A stretch of 64,000 nt of DNA. Source: a bacterium (GTDB lineage Bacteria; UBA8248). A program made the translations under genes and the position numbers. Within the stretch, counting starts at the first letter, position 1. Every line of letters starts with the position of its first letter. Under the pieces are notes generated by a model, which made no database searches, was not told the origin of the DNA, and was given only the letters and a program-made list of their open reading frames with translations. The DNA is taken from positions 544,001 through 608,000 of the forward strand of contig CBDBBI010000010.1 of the NCBI GenBank assembly GCA_965202625.1, given 5' to 3'. Below are positions 37,731-46,932 of this stretch, one piece after another.

Positions 37731-38930
37731 ATGGCGATGCAAATCATCAACTGGGTGATGGGTTTTGGACAGACAATTTTTTGGGCCGTTCTGGTACTTG
37801 GGCTGCTCATTTTCATCCATGAATTGGGACACCATCTCTTAGCCAAGTGGCTCAAGATCGGTGTCGTCACGTTTTCGCTGGGCTTTGGACGGCGTATTTG
37901 GGGTTTTCAAAAGGGAGAGACGGAATATCGCGTATCACTCATCCCTTTGGGCGGTTATGTCAAGCTCTTAGGCGAAGACCCGGAGGCACATCCCGATGAC
38001 GCCAGCCAGCCCAAAACGCCGGATGAGCCGGAGAAGTCTTTTTACCTGCGTCCCGTAAGCCATAGGCTGGCGGTCATCTCTGCGGGGCCGATATTCAACA
38101 TCATGCTGGCGATACTGCTGAGCTGGGGGCTGCACCTTGGCGGCATTCCGGTGCCTGGCACTTGGGTGGGGGAAGTTTTGCCCGACACGCCGGCCCAAAG
38201 GGCGAACCTCAAAGCCGGAGATCACATCGTGGCCATTGACGGACGGCCAGTTCAAAAATGGTCTGAACTCGTAGAAATTGTCCGTAAAAGTGCTGGCAAA
38301 AAACTCGTGCTAAAGATCGAGCGCGGCCGTAAAACATCCTTCGAGACGACCATCGTTCCGATGTCGAAGAGCGCAACAGGAGAATATCTGGACCATGGCC
38401 GAATCGGCATCCGCATCGGCCAAGGCGCTTATACCGAGCGGTTCGGATTCGTCGAGGCATTGGGGAGGGGTTTCGAGCAAAGCTACCACATCGCCAAGCT
38501 GACGGTCGTGACTCTGTATTCGATGCTCATGAAGACAGTGCCCGCAGATATCGGCGGGCCGATTCGCATCTCCATCGTGGCCGCCGAACAAGCCCAGCGC
38601 GGACTCCGCTACCTCGTGATGTTCACGATTTTGCTCAGCGTAAACCTAGCGATTCTGAACTTGCTGCCCATTCCGGTTCTCGATGGCGGACACATTTTTT
38701 TCCTGTTCATCGAAGGCTTGCGGGGAAAACCCGTCAGTTTAAGAATTCGGGAGATGGCCATGCAGCTGGGCACAGTCTTGCTCATCGGTTTGATGATCTT
38801 TGCCACTTATAAGGATAGCGTGTATTATCTCTTTAGAGGAGAAGTGCCATCCATCACGCAAGAGAAGCCGAGTGCGGAAAGGAAAGAAGCGTCAGAATTG
38901 ACTCTTGAGAAAAAAAAGGGCCAACAATAG
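37731..38930 (+). CDS. rseP: RIP metalloprotease RseP
   Basis: IHELGH, FSLGFG, PLGGYVK, AGPIFN, PDZ domain, GGPI, NLAILNLLPIPVLDGG. Confidence 0.97.
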   Translation: MAMQIINWVMGFGQTIFWAVLVLGLLIFIHELGHHLLAKWLKIGVVTFSLGFGRRIWGFQKGETEYRVSLIPLGGYVKLLGEDPEAHPDDASQPKTPDEPEKSFYLRPVSHRLAVISAGPIFNIMLAILLSWGLHLGGIPVPGTWVGEVLPDTPAQRANLKAGDHIVAIDGRPVQKWSELVEIVRKSAGKKLVLKIERGRKTSFETTIVPMSKSATGEYLDHGRIGIRIGQGAYTERFGFVEALGRGFEQSYHIAKLTVVTLYSMLMKTVPADIGGPIRISIVAAEQAQRGLRYLVMFTILLSVNLAILNLLPIPVLDGGHIFFLFIEGLRGKPVSLRIREMAMQLGTVLLIGLMIFATYKDSVYYLFRGEVPSITQEKPSAERKEASELTLEKKKGQQ

Positions 38931-39096
38931 GGGTTTGAGAGTAGTGTTTCAACCATTTACAGACGATGTATTTCACGCAAAACACATTCCGGGCGTCGGC
39001 CTTGCGCTTCACGGGTCTACCAGTCCGGCCCTGCCGATGGTGGGCACGGAGGCAGCTGGCGAAGCATTACCCTGTGCGAATCCCTCCTCATTTCCC

Positions 39097-40188
39097 ATGA
39101 ACCGACGAAAAAGCACTCAGGTCGAGGTGCGCGGCGTTCGGATTGGCGGCGACGCTCCCATCGTCGTGCAGTCGATGTGCAACACCTACACGCACGACGT
39201 GGAGGAAACCGTCGGCCAAATCGAGCGACTCGAAGAGGCCGGGTGTGAGATTGCGCGTCTGGCCGTTCCTGACGAGAGAGCGGCGAATGCGCTGCCTCAG
39301 ATCAGAAAGCGCACTTCGATGCCCCTAGTGGCGGACGTCCATTTTGACTACCGCTACGCCTTGATGGCAGCGGACGCCGGAATTGATTGCCTGCGCATCA
39401 ACCCTGGCAACATCAATGGGGAACACAGGGTGAGCGAGGTGGTCGCCGCGGCCAAGTACCACGGATTGCCCATCCGCGTGGGCGTGAACGCAGGCTCCCT
39501 GGAAAAGCATTTGCTCGATCGCTTTGGCGGTGCCACGCCCGAGGCGATGGTGGAGAGCGGGTTGCGCCATGTCGCTATGCTAGAGAAGCGCGGGTTTTAT
39601 GATACGAAAATCTCTCTGAAGGCATCGGACGTCGGAAGGACGGTGCAAGCCTATCGCTTGATGGCGAAGCGCGTCGAATACCCACTCCACCTAGGTATCA
39701 CGGAGAGCGGAAGTCTGCATACAGGCAGCGTTAAAAGCGCGGTTGGTCTGGGTATCTTGCTCTCCGAAGGCATTGGCGACACCATCCGCGTCTCTTTGGC
39801 AGCGGACCCGGTGGAGGAGGTGCGCGTAGGCTACGAAATCCTCAAGAGCCTCAATTTGCGCAAAAAGGGCGTGAACGTCGTGGCGTGCCCATCTTGCGGT
39901 CGCGTCCAGATTGACGTAGATAAGCTCACGATGGAAGTAGAACGGGAGCTCGCCCATATCGACGTCCCTATCACGGTGGCCGTCATGGGTTGTGAGGTAA
40001 ACGGTCCGGGCGAGGCGAGGGAAGCCGACATCGGTGTGGCCGGCGGCCACAAGCGCGCCCTGATTTTCATGAAAGGGGAAAAGGTGGGACTAGTGGCGTA
40101 TCAGGACATCAAGAAAAACTTGGTGGAGCACGTAGAGGTGCTCGCCGCGCAATATGAACAAAAACGATACGAGGCGTTTCTCTCCTAA
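39097..40188 (+). CDS. ispG: HMBPP synthase IspG
   Basis: IGGDAPIVVQSM, PLVADVHF, RINPGN, RVGVNAGSL, LHLGITE, GIGDTIRVSL, CPSCGR, VMGC.VNGPGE. Start may lie further upstream in frame. Confidence 0.98.
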   Translation: MNRRKSTQVEVRGVRIGGDAPIVVQSMCNTYTHDVEETVGQIERLEEAGCEIARLAVPDERAANALPQIRKRTSMPLVADVHFDYRYALMAADAGIDCLRINPGNINGEHRVSEVVAAAKYHGLPIRVGVNAGSLEKHLLDRFGGATPEAMVESGLRHVAMLEKRGFYDTKISLKASDVGRTVQAYRLMAKRVEYPLHLGITESGSLHTGSVKSAVGLGILLSEGIGDTIRVSLAADPVEEVRVGYEILKSLNLRKKGVNVVACPSCGRVQIDVDKLTMEVERELAHIDVPITVAVMGCEVNGPGEAREADIGVAGGHKRALIFMKGEKVGLVAYQDIKKNLVEHVEVLAAQYEQKRYEAFLS

Positions 40189-40202
40189 GAAAATTCTGAT
40201 CT

Positions 40203-41915
40203 ATGCGATTTTCACGAGGGTTTTTCCCCACATTAAAAGAAGCACCCGCCGAGGCAGAAGTCGTCAGCCATAAGCTGATGGTGCGCTCGGGCATGATTCG
40301 CCGTTTGGCGGCGGGGGTGTATACGCTGTTGCCCCTCGGCGTGCGCGTGCAGCGCAAGGTGGAGCAAATTCTGCGTGAGGAGCTCGACCGCGCGGGCGCG
40401 CAGGAGGTTTTCCTGCCCGCGTTGAATCCCGCCGAGCTTTGGCGAAAAACGGGACGCTGGGAAGTGTATGGCAAAGAGTTGATTCGGCTGAAAGATCGCC
40501 ATGAACGTGATTTTTGCCTGGGTCCCACACATGAGGAGGTCATCACCGATCTCGTAGCGCGCGAGGTGAGGAGCTATCGGGACCTGCCGCTTAATCTCTA
40601 TCAGATTCAAACGAAATTCAGAGACGAGATCAGGCCGCGTTTTGGCGTGATGCGCGGGCGGGAATTTACGATGAAGGACGGCTACAGCTTTGATCGCGAC
40701 GAGGAAGGAGCTGAACGAAGCTACGATGAAATGATGCGAGCCTATGAGCGGATATTCCGGCGTTGCGGGCTGAGTTTCAGCAAGGTGGAGGCGGATTCCG
40801 GGACCATCGGAGGGAGTTTTTCGCATGAGTTCATGGTAATGGCCGACACGGGCGAGGAAGCGATTACCACGTGTGATGCGTGCGGCTACGCGGCGAACGT
40901 GGAAAAATCGCCGGTCCGTCTGACGCTTCCCGACAACGAGGGGGGGGAGATCGAGAAAGTACACACGCCGAGCACTCATACAATAGAAGAGGTGGTGAAA
41001 TTTTTCTCCTTGCCGCCGCATCGAATAGCCAAAACCCTTTTGTATTTGGCAGACGGCGCGCCCGTGGCTGCGCTGATTCCCGGGCACAGGGAGTTGAACG
41101 AGACCAAACTCAAGAATGCACTTGACGCAGTGGATATCGCCCTCGCTGACCCCGATACGGTCGAGAGGCTCACCCGCTCTGAGGTGGGTTTTGCCGGCCC
41201 CGTTGGTTTGTCGGACGTTCGACTCATCGCAGACCACGCCCTCGAGGGCAGTGGCGGGCTCATCGTTGGCGCGAACGAGACAGACTATCACTACGCGCGC
41301 GTGAGAGAGGGTCGTGATTTCAAAGCGAGCGAATTTGCGGATCTCACGGTGTCTAGCGCGGGAGACGCTTGTCCAGAATGCAACGAGGCACTCCGCATCA
41401 GGCGCGGCATTGAGGTAGGGCACGTCTTCAAACTGGGATGCAAGTATTCTGAATCTCTGGGTGCCGCCTATCAGGATGAAAATGGCGAGGCGCGCACTAT
41501 CTTCATGGGGTGCTACGGCATCGGCGTGGGCCGCACGGTGGCGGCAGCCATAGAACAGAACCATGACGCGGACGGGATCCTCTGGCCGACTCCCATCGCC
41601 CCATATCATGTGGCGATCATTCCGGTGGAAGGGACTGAGGAGACCCTGAAAGCTTGCCGACGTATGTACGACTCGCTCGCATCCACAGGATTGGAAGCTG
41701 TCCTTGATGATAGGAACGAGCGTGCAGGCGTGAAGTTCAAGGACGCCGACCTTATAGGTTTTCCCTATAAAATAGTTGTCGGCCCCAGATGCCTCAAAGA
41801 GGGAAAAATCGAGATAAAATCAAGGAGGACAGGAGAAATGCGGCTTGTAGCGATGGAGGAAGCGGTGTCTTTTCTGGAAGACCTGATCTCCGAGGAGATG
41901 AGCACCGCTGAGTGA
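40203..41915 (+). CDS. proS: Prolyl-tRNA synthetase (with editing domain)
   Basis: PTLKEAP..AE..SH, LGPTHEE, YQIQTKFRDE.RPRFGVMRGREF.MKD, GIEVGHVF, MGCYGIG, GVKFKDADL. Confidence 0.99.
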   Translation: MRFSRGFFPTLKEAPAEAEVVSHKLMVRSGMIRRLAAGVYTLLPLGVRVQRKVEQILREELDRAGAQEVFLPALNPAELWRKTGRWEVYGKELIRLKDRHERDFCLGPTHEEVITDLVAREVRSYRDLPLNLYQIQTKFRDEIRPRFGVMRGREFTMKDGYSFDRDEEGAERSYDEMMRAYERIFRRCGLSFSKVEADSGTIGGSFSHEFMVMADTGEEAITTCDACGYAANVEKSPVRLTLPDNEGGEIEKVHTPSTHTIEEVVKFFSLPPHRIAKTLLYLADGAPVAALIPGHRELNETKLKNALDAVDIALADPDTVERLTRSEVGFAGPVGLSDVRLIADHALEGSGGLIVGANETDYHYARVREGRDFKASEFADLTVSSAGDACPECNEALRIRRGIEVGHVFKLGCKYSESLGAAYQDENGEARTIFMGCYGIGVGRTVAAAIEQNHDADGILWPTPIAPYHVAIIPVEGTEETLKACRRMYDSLASTGLEAVLDDRNERAGVKFKDADLIGFPYKIVVGPRCLKEGKIEIKSRRTGEMRLVAMEEAVSFLEDLISEEMSTAE

Positions 41916-42019
41916 CTCGGAGAGGTTTCTGCATTTGCACCGAAACGATTTACCGGTTTTCCTTGAAGCACCCATCGTGCCGGAAGATTCAAGGAAGGAG
42001 GGGTTGAAAAATAGAAAAC

Positions 42020-42049
42020 TTGACGTTTCCACGCCTAGGCATTTATATT
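42020..42049 (+). promoter_or_regulatory. sigma70-type promoter for the small-ORF/tRNA unit
   Basis: TTGACG-18 nt-TATATT with an A-rich UP-like tract upstream. Confidence 0.55.
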
Positions 42050-42093
42050 CTGCCGCTGTAGCGAGGCGGCACCAGGGGAGGAGGCGTTTACTC

Positions 42094-42285
42094 ATGGCCT
42101 ATACCGAAGTTCGTGAGTGCGCCGTTTGCGCCTGGCGAGAGGCTTGTCGTCTCAAGTATCGCAACGAGCCGAAGGGGGCACTCTTTTGTCCGGAGTTTTC
42201 TGTGGACTTGAGATTGCGCCAAGAGAAATGGAAGGGGGCGCCACCTTCATCCAAAGGCGTCCAGCAGGGAGCAAATAACAAATGA
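42094..42285 (+). CDS. 63-aa Cys-rich hypothetical protein
   Basis: Strong RBS GGAGGAGG before ATG 42094. MAYTEVRECAVCAWREACRLKY...CPEFSVDL contains four Cys. Confidence 0.75.
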   Translation: MAYTEVRECAVCAWREACRLKYRNEPKGALFCPEFSVDLRLRQEKWKGAPPSSKGVQQGANNK

Positions 42286-42437
42286 GACGTGAAATCGAGA
42301 TTCTGATCTTGGTCTTTCTGGGATACTTGTGCTTGATGATTGGTTTTCGCGTAGAAGACATTGGCATAGAAGTGTTTTTCTATATTCTTTCGGCTATGTT
42401 TTTTTTGGCGATTTTTCGACCCAAGCAGTCCCCCTGA
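42282..42437 (+). CDS. 51-aa two-TM small membrane protein
   Basis: ATGA overlap with the upstream stop, GGAG upstream. MRREIEILILVFLGYLCLMIGFRVEDIGIEVFFYILSAMFFLAIFRPKQSP has two hydrophobic stretches. Below the ORF-track cutoff. Confidence 0.55.
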   Translation: MRREIEILILVFLGYLCLMIGFRVEDIGIEVFFYILSAMFFLAIFRPKQSP

Positions 42438-42451
42438 CAGAGATGCATTCT

Positions 42452-42528
42452 GGCGGCGTAGCTCAACCGGTTAGAGCATACGGCTCATATCCGTAGTGTT
42501 GGGGGTTCAAGTCCCTCCGCCGCTACCA
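42452..42528 (+). tRNA. tRNA-Met(CAT), elongator type
   Basis: 77 nt cloverleaf: acceptor GGCGGCG/CGCCGCT, D arm TAGCTCA..GG..AGAGC, anticodon stem TACGG/CCGTA with CAT at 42486-88, GTTCAA T-loop, encoded CCA. Confidence 0.95.
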
Positions 42529-42558
42529 TTTCCTCGCCGTCCAGGCAGGACGTTCTCA

Positions 42559-44046
42559 ATGGCGACGAACGCCGTGCAAACTTCTCTATTGAAAGCCAGA
42601 AAAGCGTTTGAGGCTAAGGTGCGGAAAGGTCTCAAAAAATCCGCTCACGAGTCGAATGCCTCGCCCTTACTCGTTGGCTTTTCGGGTGGGGCGGATTCCA
42701 CCGCTCTTTTGGTGTCCCTCAAATCGCTTTTGCCGGAATCCCAGCCCCTGTGCGCGGTTCACGTTGAGCACGGGCTCCGAGGCTATCGCTCTGTGCGAGA
42801 CGCCGCTCATTCCGAGAATGTATGCCGAGAATATGGCATTCATTTCCGCTGTGAGCGTGTTGAAGTGTCTCGGGTGGCGCAATGTGGTCTAGAGAGGGCC
42901 GCTCGAGAATCGAGACGCTCGGCTTTTCTGGCCGTCGCCGAAGAAATGGGTGCCGATACGCTCGCCTTGGCTCACAACAGGGATGAGCAAGCCGAAACCG
43001 TGCTCATGCGCTTGTTCGAGGGCGCTGGCGCGCGAGGTATTTCAGGCATGAAATGGTGGGTCCCTCTTTCGTCAAAAGAGACGGAGGGGTTGCGCATCAT
43101 CCGGCCCTTGCTTGATGCGTCGCGCGCTGAAATTTTAACCTATCTGGATGCGCGAGGAGTTCGCTGGATCGAAGATGAGACGAACGAGGACGAGGGCCGC
43201 TTGAGAAACCGGATACGCAAACAGATCATGCCGGCGATTCGAGAGAATTTTGGGGATGCAGCTATCTGCGGAATCGCGAAGAGTGCGGAAATCTCAACGA
43301 CTCTCGCCTTTTTGGCAGAGGAGCTGAGTGTGGATGCGAGTACAAAGTTCGTTCATGAAGATGACGGGAAACTGATCGTTTTTCCGCTGCGGGAGGTAAG
43401 GAGCCTCAAGCAGGCGATCAGGGCCGGAGTGTGGCGCGCGGTGTTGGAAATGCACAGAGACGGCGCGCGTGTGCGCGTCCGAAGGCACGCCCTCAGAAAG
43501 TGGATCGAGGCACTAGATGGCCTCGCAACCGGGGATAATCCCTCGGGCGCTTTGCGCTTGCCGGGTGGATTGGAGGCGAGAAGGGAGTATGACCGACTCT
43601 TTTTGGGGCCTCTTCAGCACGACTTAAAATTGTCCGAGGAGCAAAGGCTTCGGGTTCCCGGAAAAACGGTTCACCTCTCATTGGGTCTTGAAATCGAAGC
43701 TTCTCTTGGCTTCGGGCATCGTTGCGTGGGGCCGTGGGAGGCGCGTCTTAACCTAGAAAATCTGGGTGTGGATGCCCGCGTCCGCACCCGGCGCGATGGG
43801 GATCGCTTCCATCCTTTAGGCCGCAAAAAGGAGCGGAAGTTGAAAGATTACTTCATGGAACAAAAGATACCGAAATTCACGAGAAACAAAATGCCTCTGC
43901 TTGCCGTGGAAGGGAAAGTGGCTTGGATAATCGGACATCAGATTTCAGCGGAATTCGCACTCGATGAGAATGCGAAGGGGGGGGTAACACTCAAGACGTT
44001 GCCCAGAAAGGAGGACGACAAACCTCTCGCTTCTCTGAGCGAGTGA
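42559..44046 (+). CDS. tilS: tRNA(Ile)-lysidine synthase
   Basis: VGFSGGADS, VHVEHGLR, ERAAR..R, AHNRDEQAETVLMRL..G.G, IIRPLL, DETN, RNRIR, C-terminal RDGDRF.P.G, KLKDYF. Confidence 0.97.
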   Translation: MATNAVQTSLLKARKAFEAKVRKGLKKSAHESNASPLLVGFSGGADSTALLVSLKSLLPESQPLCAVHVEHGLRGYRSVRDAAHSENVCREYGIHFRCERVEVSRVAQCGLERAARESRRSAFLAVAEEMGADTLALAHNRDEQAETVLMRLFEGAGARGISGMKWWVPLSSKETEGLRIIRPLLDASRAEILTYLDARGVRWIEDETNEDEGRLRNRIRKQIMPAIRENFGDAAICGIAKSAEISTTLAFLAEELSVDASTKFVHEDDGKLIVFPLREVRSLKQAIRAGVWRAVLEMHRDGARVRVRRHALRKWIEALDGLATGDNPSGALRLPGGLEARREYDRLFLGPLQHDLKLSEEQRLRVPGKTVHLSLGLEIEASLGFGHRCVGPWEARLNLENLGVDARVRTRRDGDRFHPLGRKKERKLKDYFMEQKIPKFTRNKMPLLAVEGKVAWIIGHQISAEFALDENAKGGVTLKTLPRKEDDKPLASLSE

Positions 44047-44201
44047 GCTTTTGAAGCCCCTCGTTTTTCTTTCGCTGGCCGGGCGACTTTGACGTTGACA
44101 CACTGATATAAGGCTGATGTTTATAGACGGATGAAAAAAATCCTGATACCTTATTCTTAATGGATCAAGGAGGCACTTATCCGAAAGAGAAGGGACGTAT
44201 T

Positions 44202-46121
44202 TTGAACCAATTTTACAAAAATTTGGCTCTTTGGCTAATCATAGGCCTGATAATGGTAGGTTTGTTCCAGGCTTTCAATGGCCCGCACTCAATGGACAGG
44301 ACGGTCGTCTATAGCGATTTTCTGAAAGCGGTCGCTGACGGCCAAGTGAGCGAAGTGGTCGTTCAGGGAGACGATATCCGTGGCCGCTACCTCAGCGGAA
44401 GGGCGTTTCACACCTATGCCCCCAAGGATCCGAAACTCATTGACACCCTCAGGGCCAAGGGCGTCCGCATCACGGCACAACCCGTGGGACAAAACGCCTG
44501 GTACATGAACGTGCTCCTCAGCTGGCTACCCATGCTGGTGATGCTGGGTGTCTGGATTTTCTTCATGCGTCAAATGCAAATGGGCGGCTCTAAAGCTCTA
44601 TCCTTTGGAAAGAGCAAGGCACGCATGATGCCGGATTCCGCGAAGAAGAAGATTACGTTCAAGGACGTGGCCGGCATTCAGGAGGCGAAGGAAGAGCTGG
44701 AGGAGTTGGTTGATTTTCTTCGCGATCCGCAAAAATTCACGCGCTTGGGTGCGCGGATTCCAAAGGGCGTTCTCATGGTCGGCCCCCCGGGAACGGGAAA
44801 AACCCTTCTCGCACGCGCCATCGCCGGCGAGGCCGACGTGCCGTTTTTCTCCATCAGTGGGTCGAGTTTCGTGGAGATGTTCGTCGGTGTCGGGGCGTCG
44901 AGAGTTCGAGATTTATTCGAACAGGGCAAGTCAAACGCGCCGTGCATTATTTTCATCGATGAGATTGACGCCGTGGGGCGGCACAGGGGTGCTGGCCTTG
45001 GTGGCGGCCACGATGAGCGCGAACAGACGCTCAATCAACTCCTCGTCGAGATGGACGGCTTTGAGTCGAACGACGGCGTTATCTTGATGGCGGCGACGAA
45101 CCGCCCGGACGTGCTGGATCCGGCCCTCCTCAGGCCGGGCCGCTTCGATCGCCAGATAGTCGTCTCCTTGCCCGACATCAAGGGACGTTTGGCGATTTTG
45201 AAGGTGCACGCCAAGAAAGTCCCACTGGATGAATCCGTCGATCTGAATCTCATCGCGCGAGGTACGCCTCGATTCGCTGGTGCCGATCTGGCGAACCTTT
45301 TAAACGAATCCGCGCTTTTAGCCGCGCGCCGGGGAAAACGTTCCGTTCAAAATGAAGATTTGATGGAGGCGAAAGACAAGGTTTTGATGGGCAAGGAGCG
45401 GCGCAGCATCGCACTCAGCGAAAAGGAAAAAAGGAGCACGGCCTACCATGAGGCGGGGCACGCCCTCGTTTCGTTGCTAATACCCGGGACGGACCCCGTC
45501 GAGAAGGTGACCATCATCCCGAGAGGTTTCTCGTTGGGGAGCACATGGTCCTCGCCCCTTGAAGATCGCTACAGCAACGACAAGACGTTTCTGACGAACC
45601 AGCTCGCCTGCTTGATGGGCGGGCGGGCGGCGGAGATGCTCGTCTTCAAGGAGTTAACGACCGGAGCGAAAGCCGACATCCAGACGTCGACCGATCTGGC
45701 CAGAAGCATGATTTGCGAATGGGGGATGAGCGATAAACTTGGTCCCTTGGCCTATGGTAAAAAACATGAGCAAATTTTCTTGGGCCGGGAGATATCCCAG
45801 CACAGGGATTATAGCGATCAAGTGGCCCTAGAGATCGACAACGAAGTGAAGCACATGGTCACCTCAAACTACGATAAGGCGTATAAATTGCTCGAGCAGA
45901 ACCGGGATAAGCTCGATTTGCTCGCCAATGCCCTGCTTGAATATGAAACCATCGATCTCGAAGACATTGAGTCTTTGATGGAAACCGGAAAAATCATCAG
46001 GCCCCGGAAACGAAAAGACGGAATGAATAAAGGAAGAGCCTCGGTCTCTCCCCAACCTAGGGACCCCCCCCATGAGGATCCGCAGGCGTCGCCGACGGAC
46101 CTGGCACCCGGCCAAGCCTAG
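44202..46121 (+). CDS. ftsH: ATP-dependent zinc metalloprotease FtsH
   Basis: Two TMs, [68 protein letters not shown]. Confidence 0.99.
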   Translation: MNQFYKNLALWLIIGLIMVGLFQAFNGPHSMDRTVVYSDFLKAVADGQVSEVVVQGDDIRGRYLSGRAFHTYAPKDPKLIDTLRAKGVRITAQPVGQNAWYMNVLLSWLPMLVMLGVWIFFMRQMQMGGSKALSFGKSKARMMPDSAKKKITFKDVAGIQEAKEELEELVDFLRDPQKFTRLGARIPKGVLMVGPPGTGKTLLARAIAGEADVPFFSISGSSFVEMFVGVGASRVRDLFEQGKSNAPCIIFIDEIDAVGRHRGAGLGGGHDEREQTLNQLLVEMDGFESNDGVILMAATNRPDVLDPALLRPGRFDRQIVVSLPDIKGRLAILKVHAKKVPLDESVDLNLIARGTPRFAGADLANLLNESALLAARRGKRSVQNEDLMEAKDKVLMGKERRSIALSEKEKRSTAYHEAGHALVSLLIPGTDPVEKVTIIPRGFSLGSTWSSPLEDRYSNDKTFLTNQLACLMGGRAAEMLVFKELTTGAKADIQTSTDLARSMICEWGMSDKLGPLAYGKKHEQIFLGREISQHRDYSDQVALEIDNEVKHMVTSNYDKAYKLLEQNRDKLDLLANALLEYETIDLEDIESLMETGKIIRPRKRKDGMNKGRASVSPQPRDPPHEDPQASPTDLAPGQA

Positions 46122-46201
46122 TTCGTTCCCGAATTTTGATTTGTTCGGATGGGGTGACGTTTGTCCTCATCCGAGATTTCTTATCTTCCAAGAGGGGAGG
46201 T

Positions 46202-46930
46202 ATGTCTAAGCTCTGCGTGAACGTAGATCACGTCGCCACCATTCGAGAAGCGCGAAAGACGAACGAGCCCGACCCGGTAGCAGCCGCGCTCATTGCCGAG
46301 CGAGCGGGCGCGATTGGCGTCACTGTCCACCTTCGTGAGGATAGACGGCACGTCCAGGACAGGGACTTAAGGTTGATGCGCCAGGTAGTTCGTGGCAAGC
46401 TTAATCTAGAGATGGCGCCAGTATCTGAGATGCGGGACATCGCCCTTGACGTGCGGCCGGAGCAGGTGACCCTTGTTCCAGAGCGACGCGAGGAGATAAC
46501 AACCGAGGGTGGCTTGGATGCAGAGGGCAACATTGAGCAGCTCGCCGCCTTTACGAAGCCCCTGAGAGACGCAGGCGTTCTGCTGAGCCTCTTCGTCGAT
46601 CCCCATCCCTCGCAAATTGAGGCGGTAAAGGCACTAAATGTGGATTTTATCGAATTGAATACGGCAGCCTATTCCGAGGCCAAAAACCATGTTTCCCAAG
46701 AGAAAGAGTTGGACGCGCTTCGTGGTGCGACCGCGTGCGCCCACGGCCTTAACCTTGGCGTGCACGCCGGCCACGGACTCAATTATATCAACGTGCGCGC
46801 CGTGGCCTCTCTCCCCCGTCTCCAGGAGCTAAACATCGGCCACAGCATCGTCTCGCATTCGGTTTTCGTCGGCTTTGAGAGCGCCGTGCGTGAGATGGCC
46901 GGTATCATCGAACGTGTCAGCGGTGCCTGA
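46202..46930 (+). CDS. pdxJ: Pyridoxine 5'-phosphate synthase
   Basis: VNVDHVATIREAR, TVHLREDRRH, NLEM, LVPERREE.TTEGGLD, SLFVD, HAGHGL, ELNIGH. Confidence 0.98.
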   Translation: MSKLCVNVDHVATIREARKTNEPDPVAAALIAERAGAIGVTVHLREDRRHVQDRDLRLMRQVVRGKLNLEMAPVSEMRDIALDVRPEQVTLVPERREEITTEGGLDAEGNIEQLAAFTKPLRDAGVLLSLFVDPHPSQIEAVKALNVDFIELNTAAYSEAKNHVSQEKELDALRGATACAHGLNLGVHAGHGLNYINVRAVASLPRLQELNIGHSIVSHSVFVGFESAVREMAGIIERVSGA

Positions 46931-46932
46931 AT

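Noticed and set aside
40233-41609. 458-aa minus-strand ORF
   Set aside because: Antisense shadow entirely inside proS.
42452-42528. CAT-anticodon tRNA next to tilS as tRNA-Ile2 (the TilS substrate) or initiator tRNA
   Set aside because: The acceptor GGCGGCG/CGCCGCT and anticodon stem TACGG/CCGTA match elongator tRNA-Met. It lacks the C1:A72 mismatch and GGG/CCC stem of initiators.
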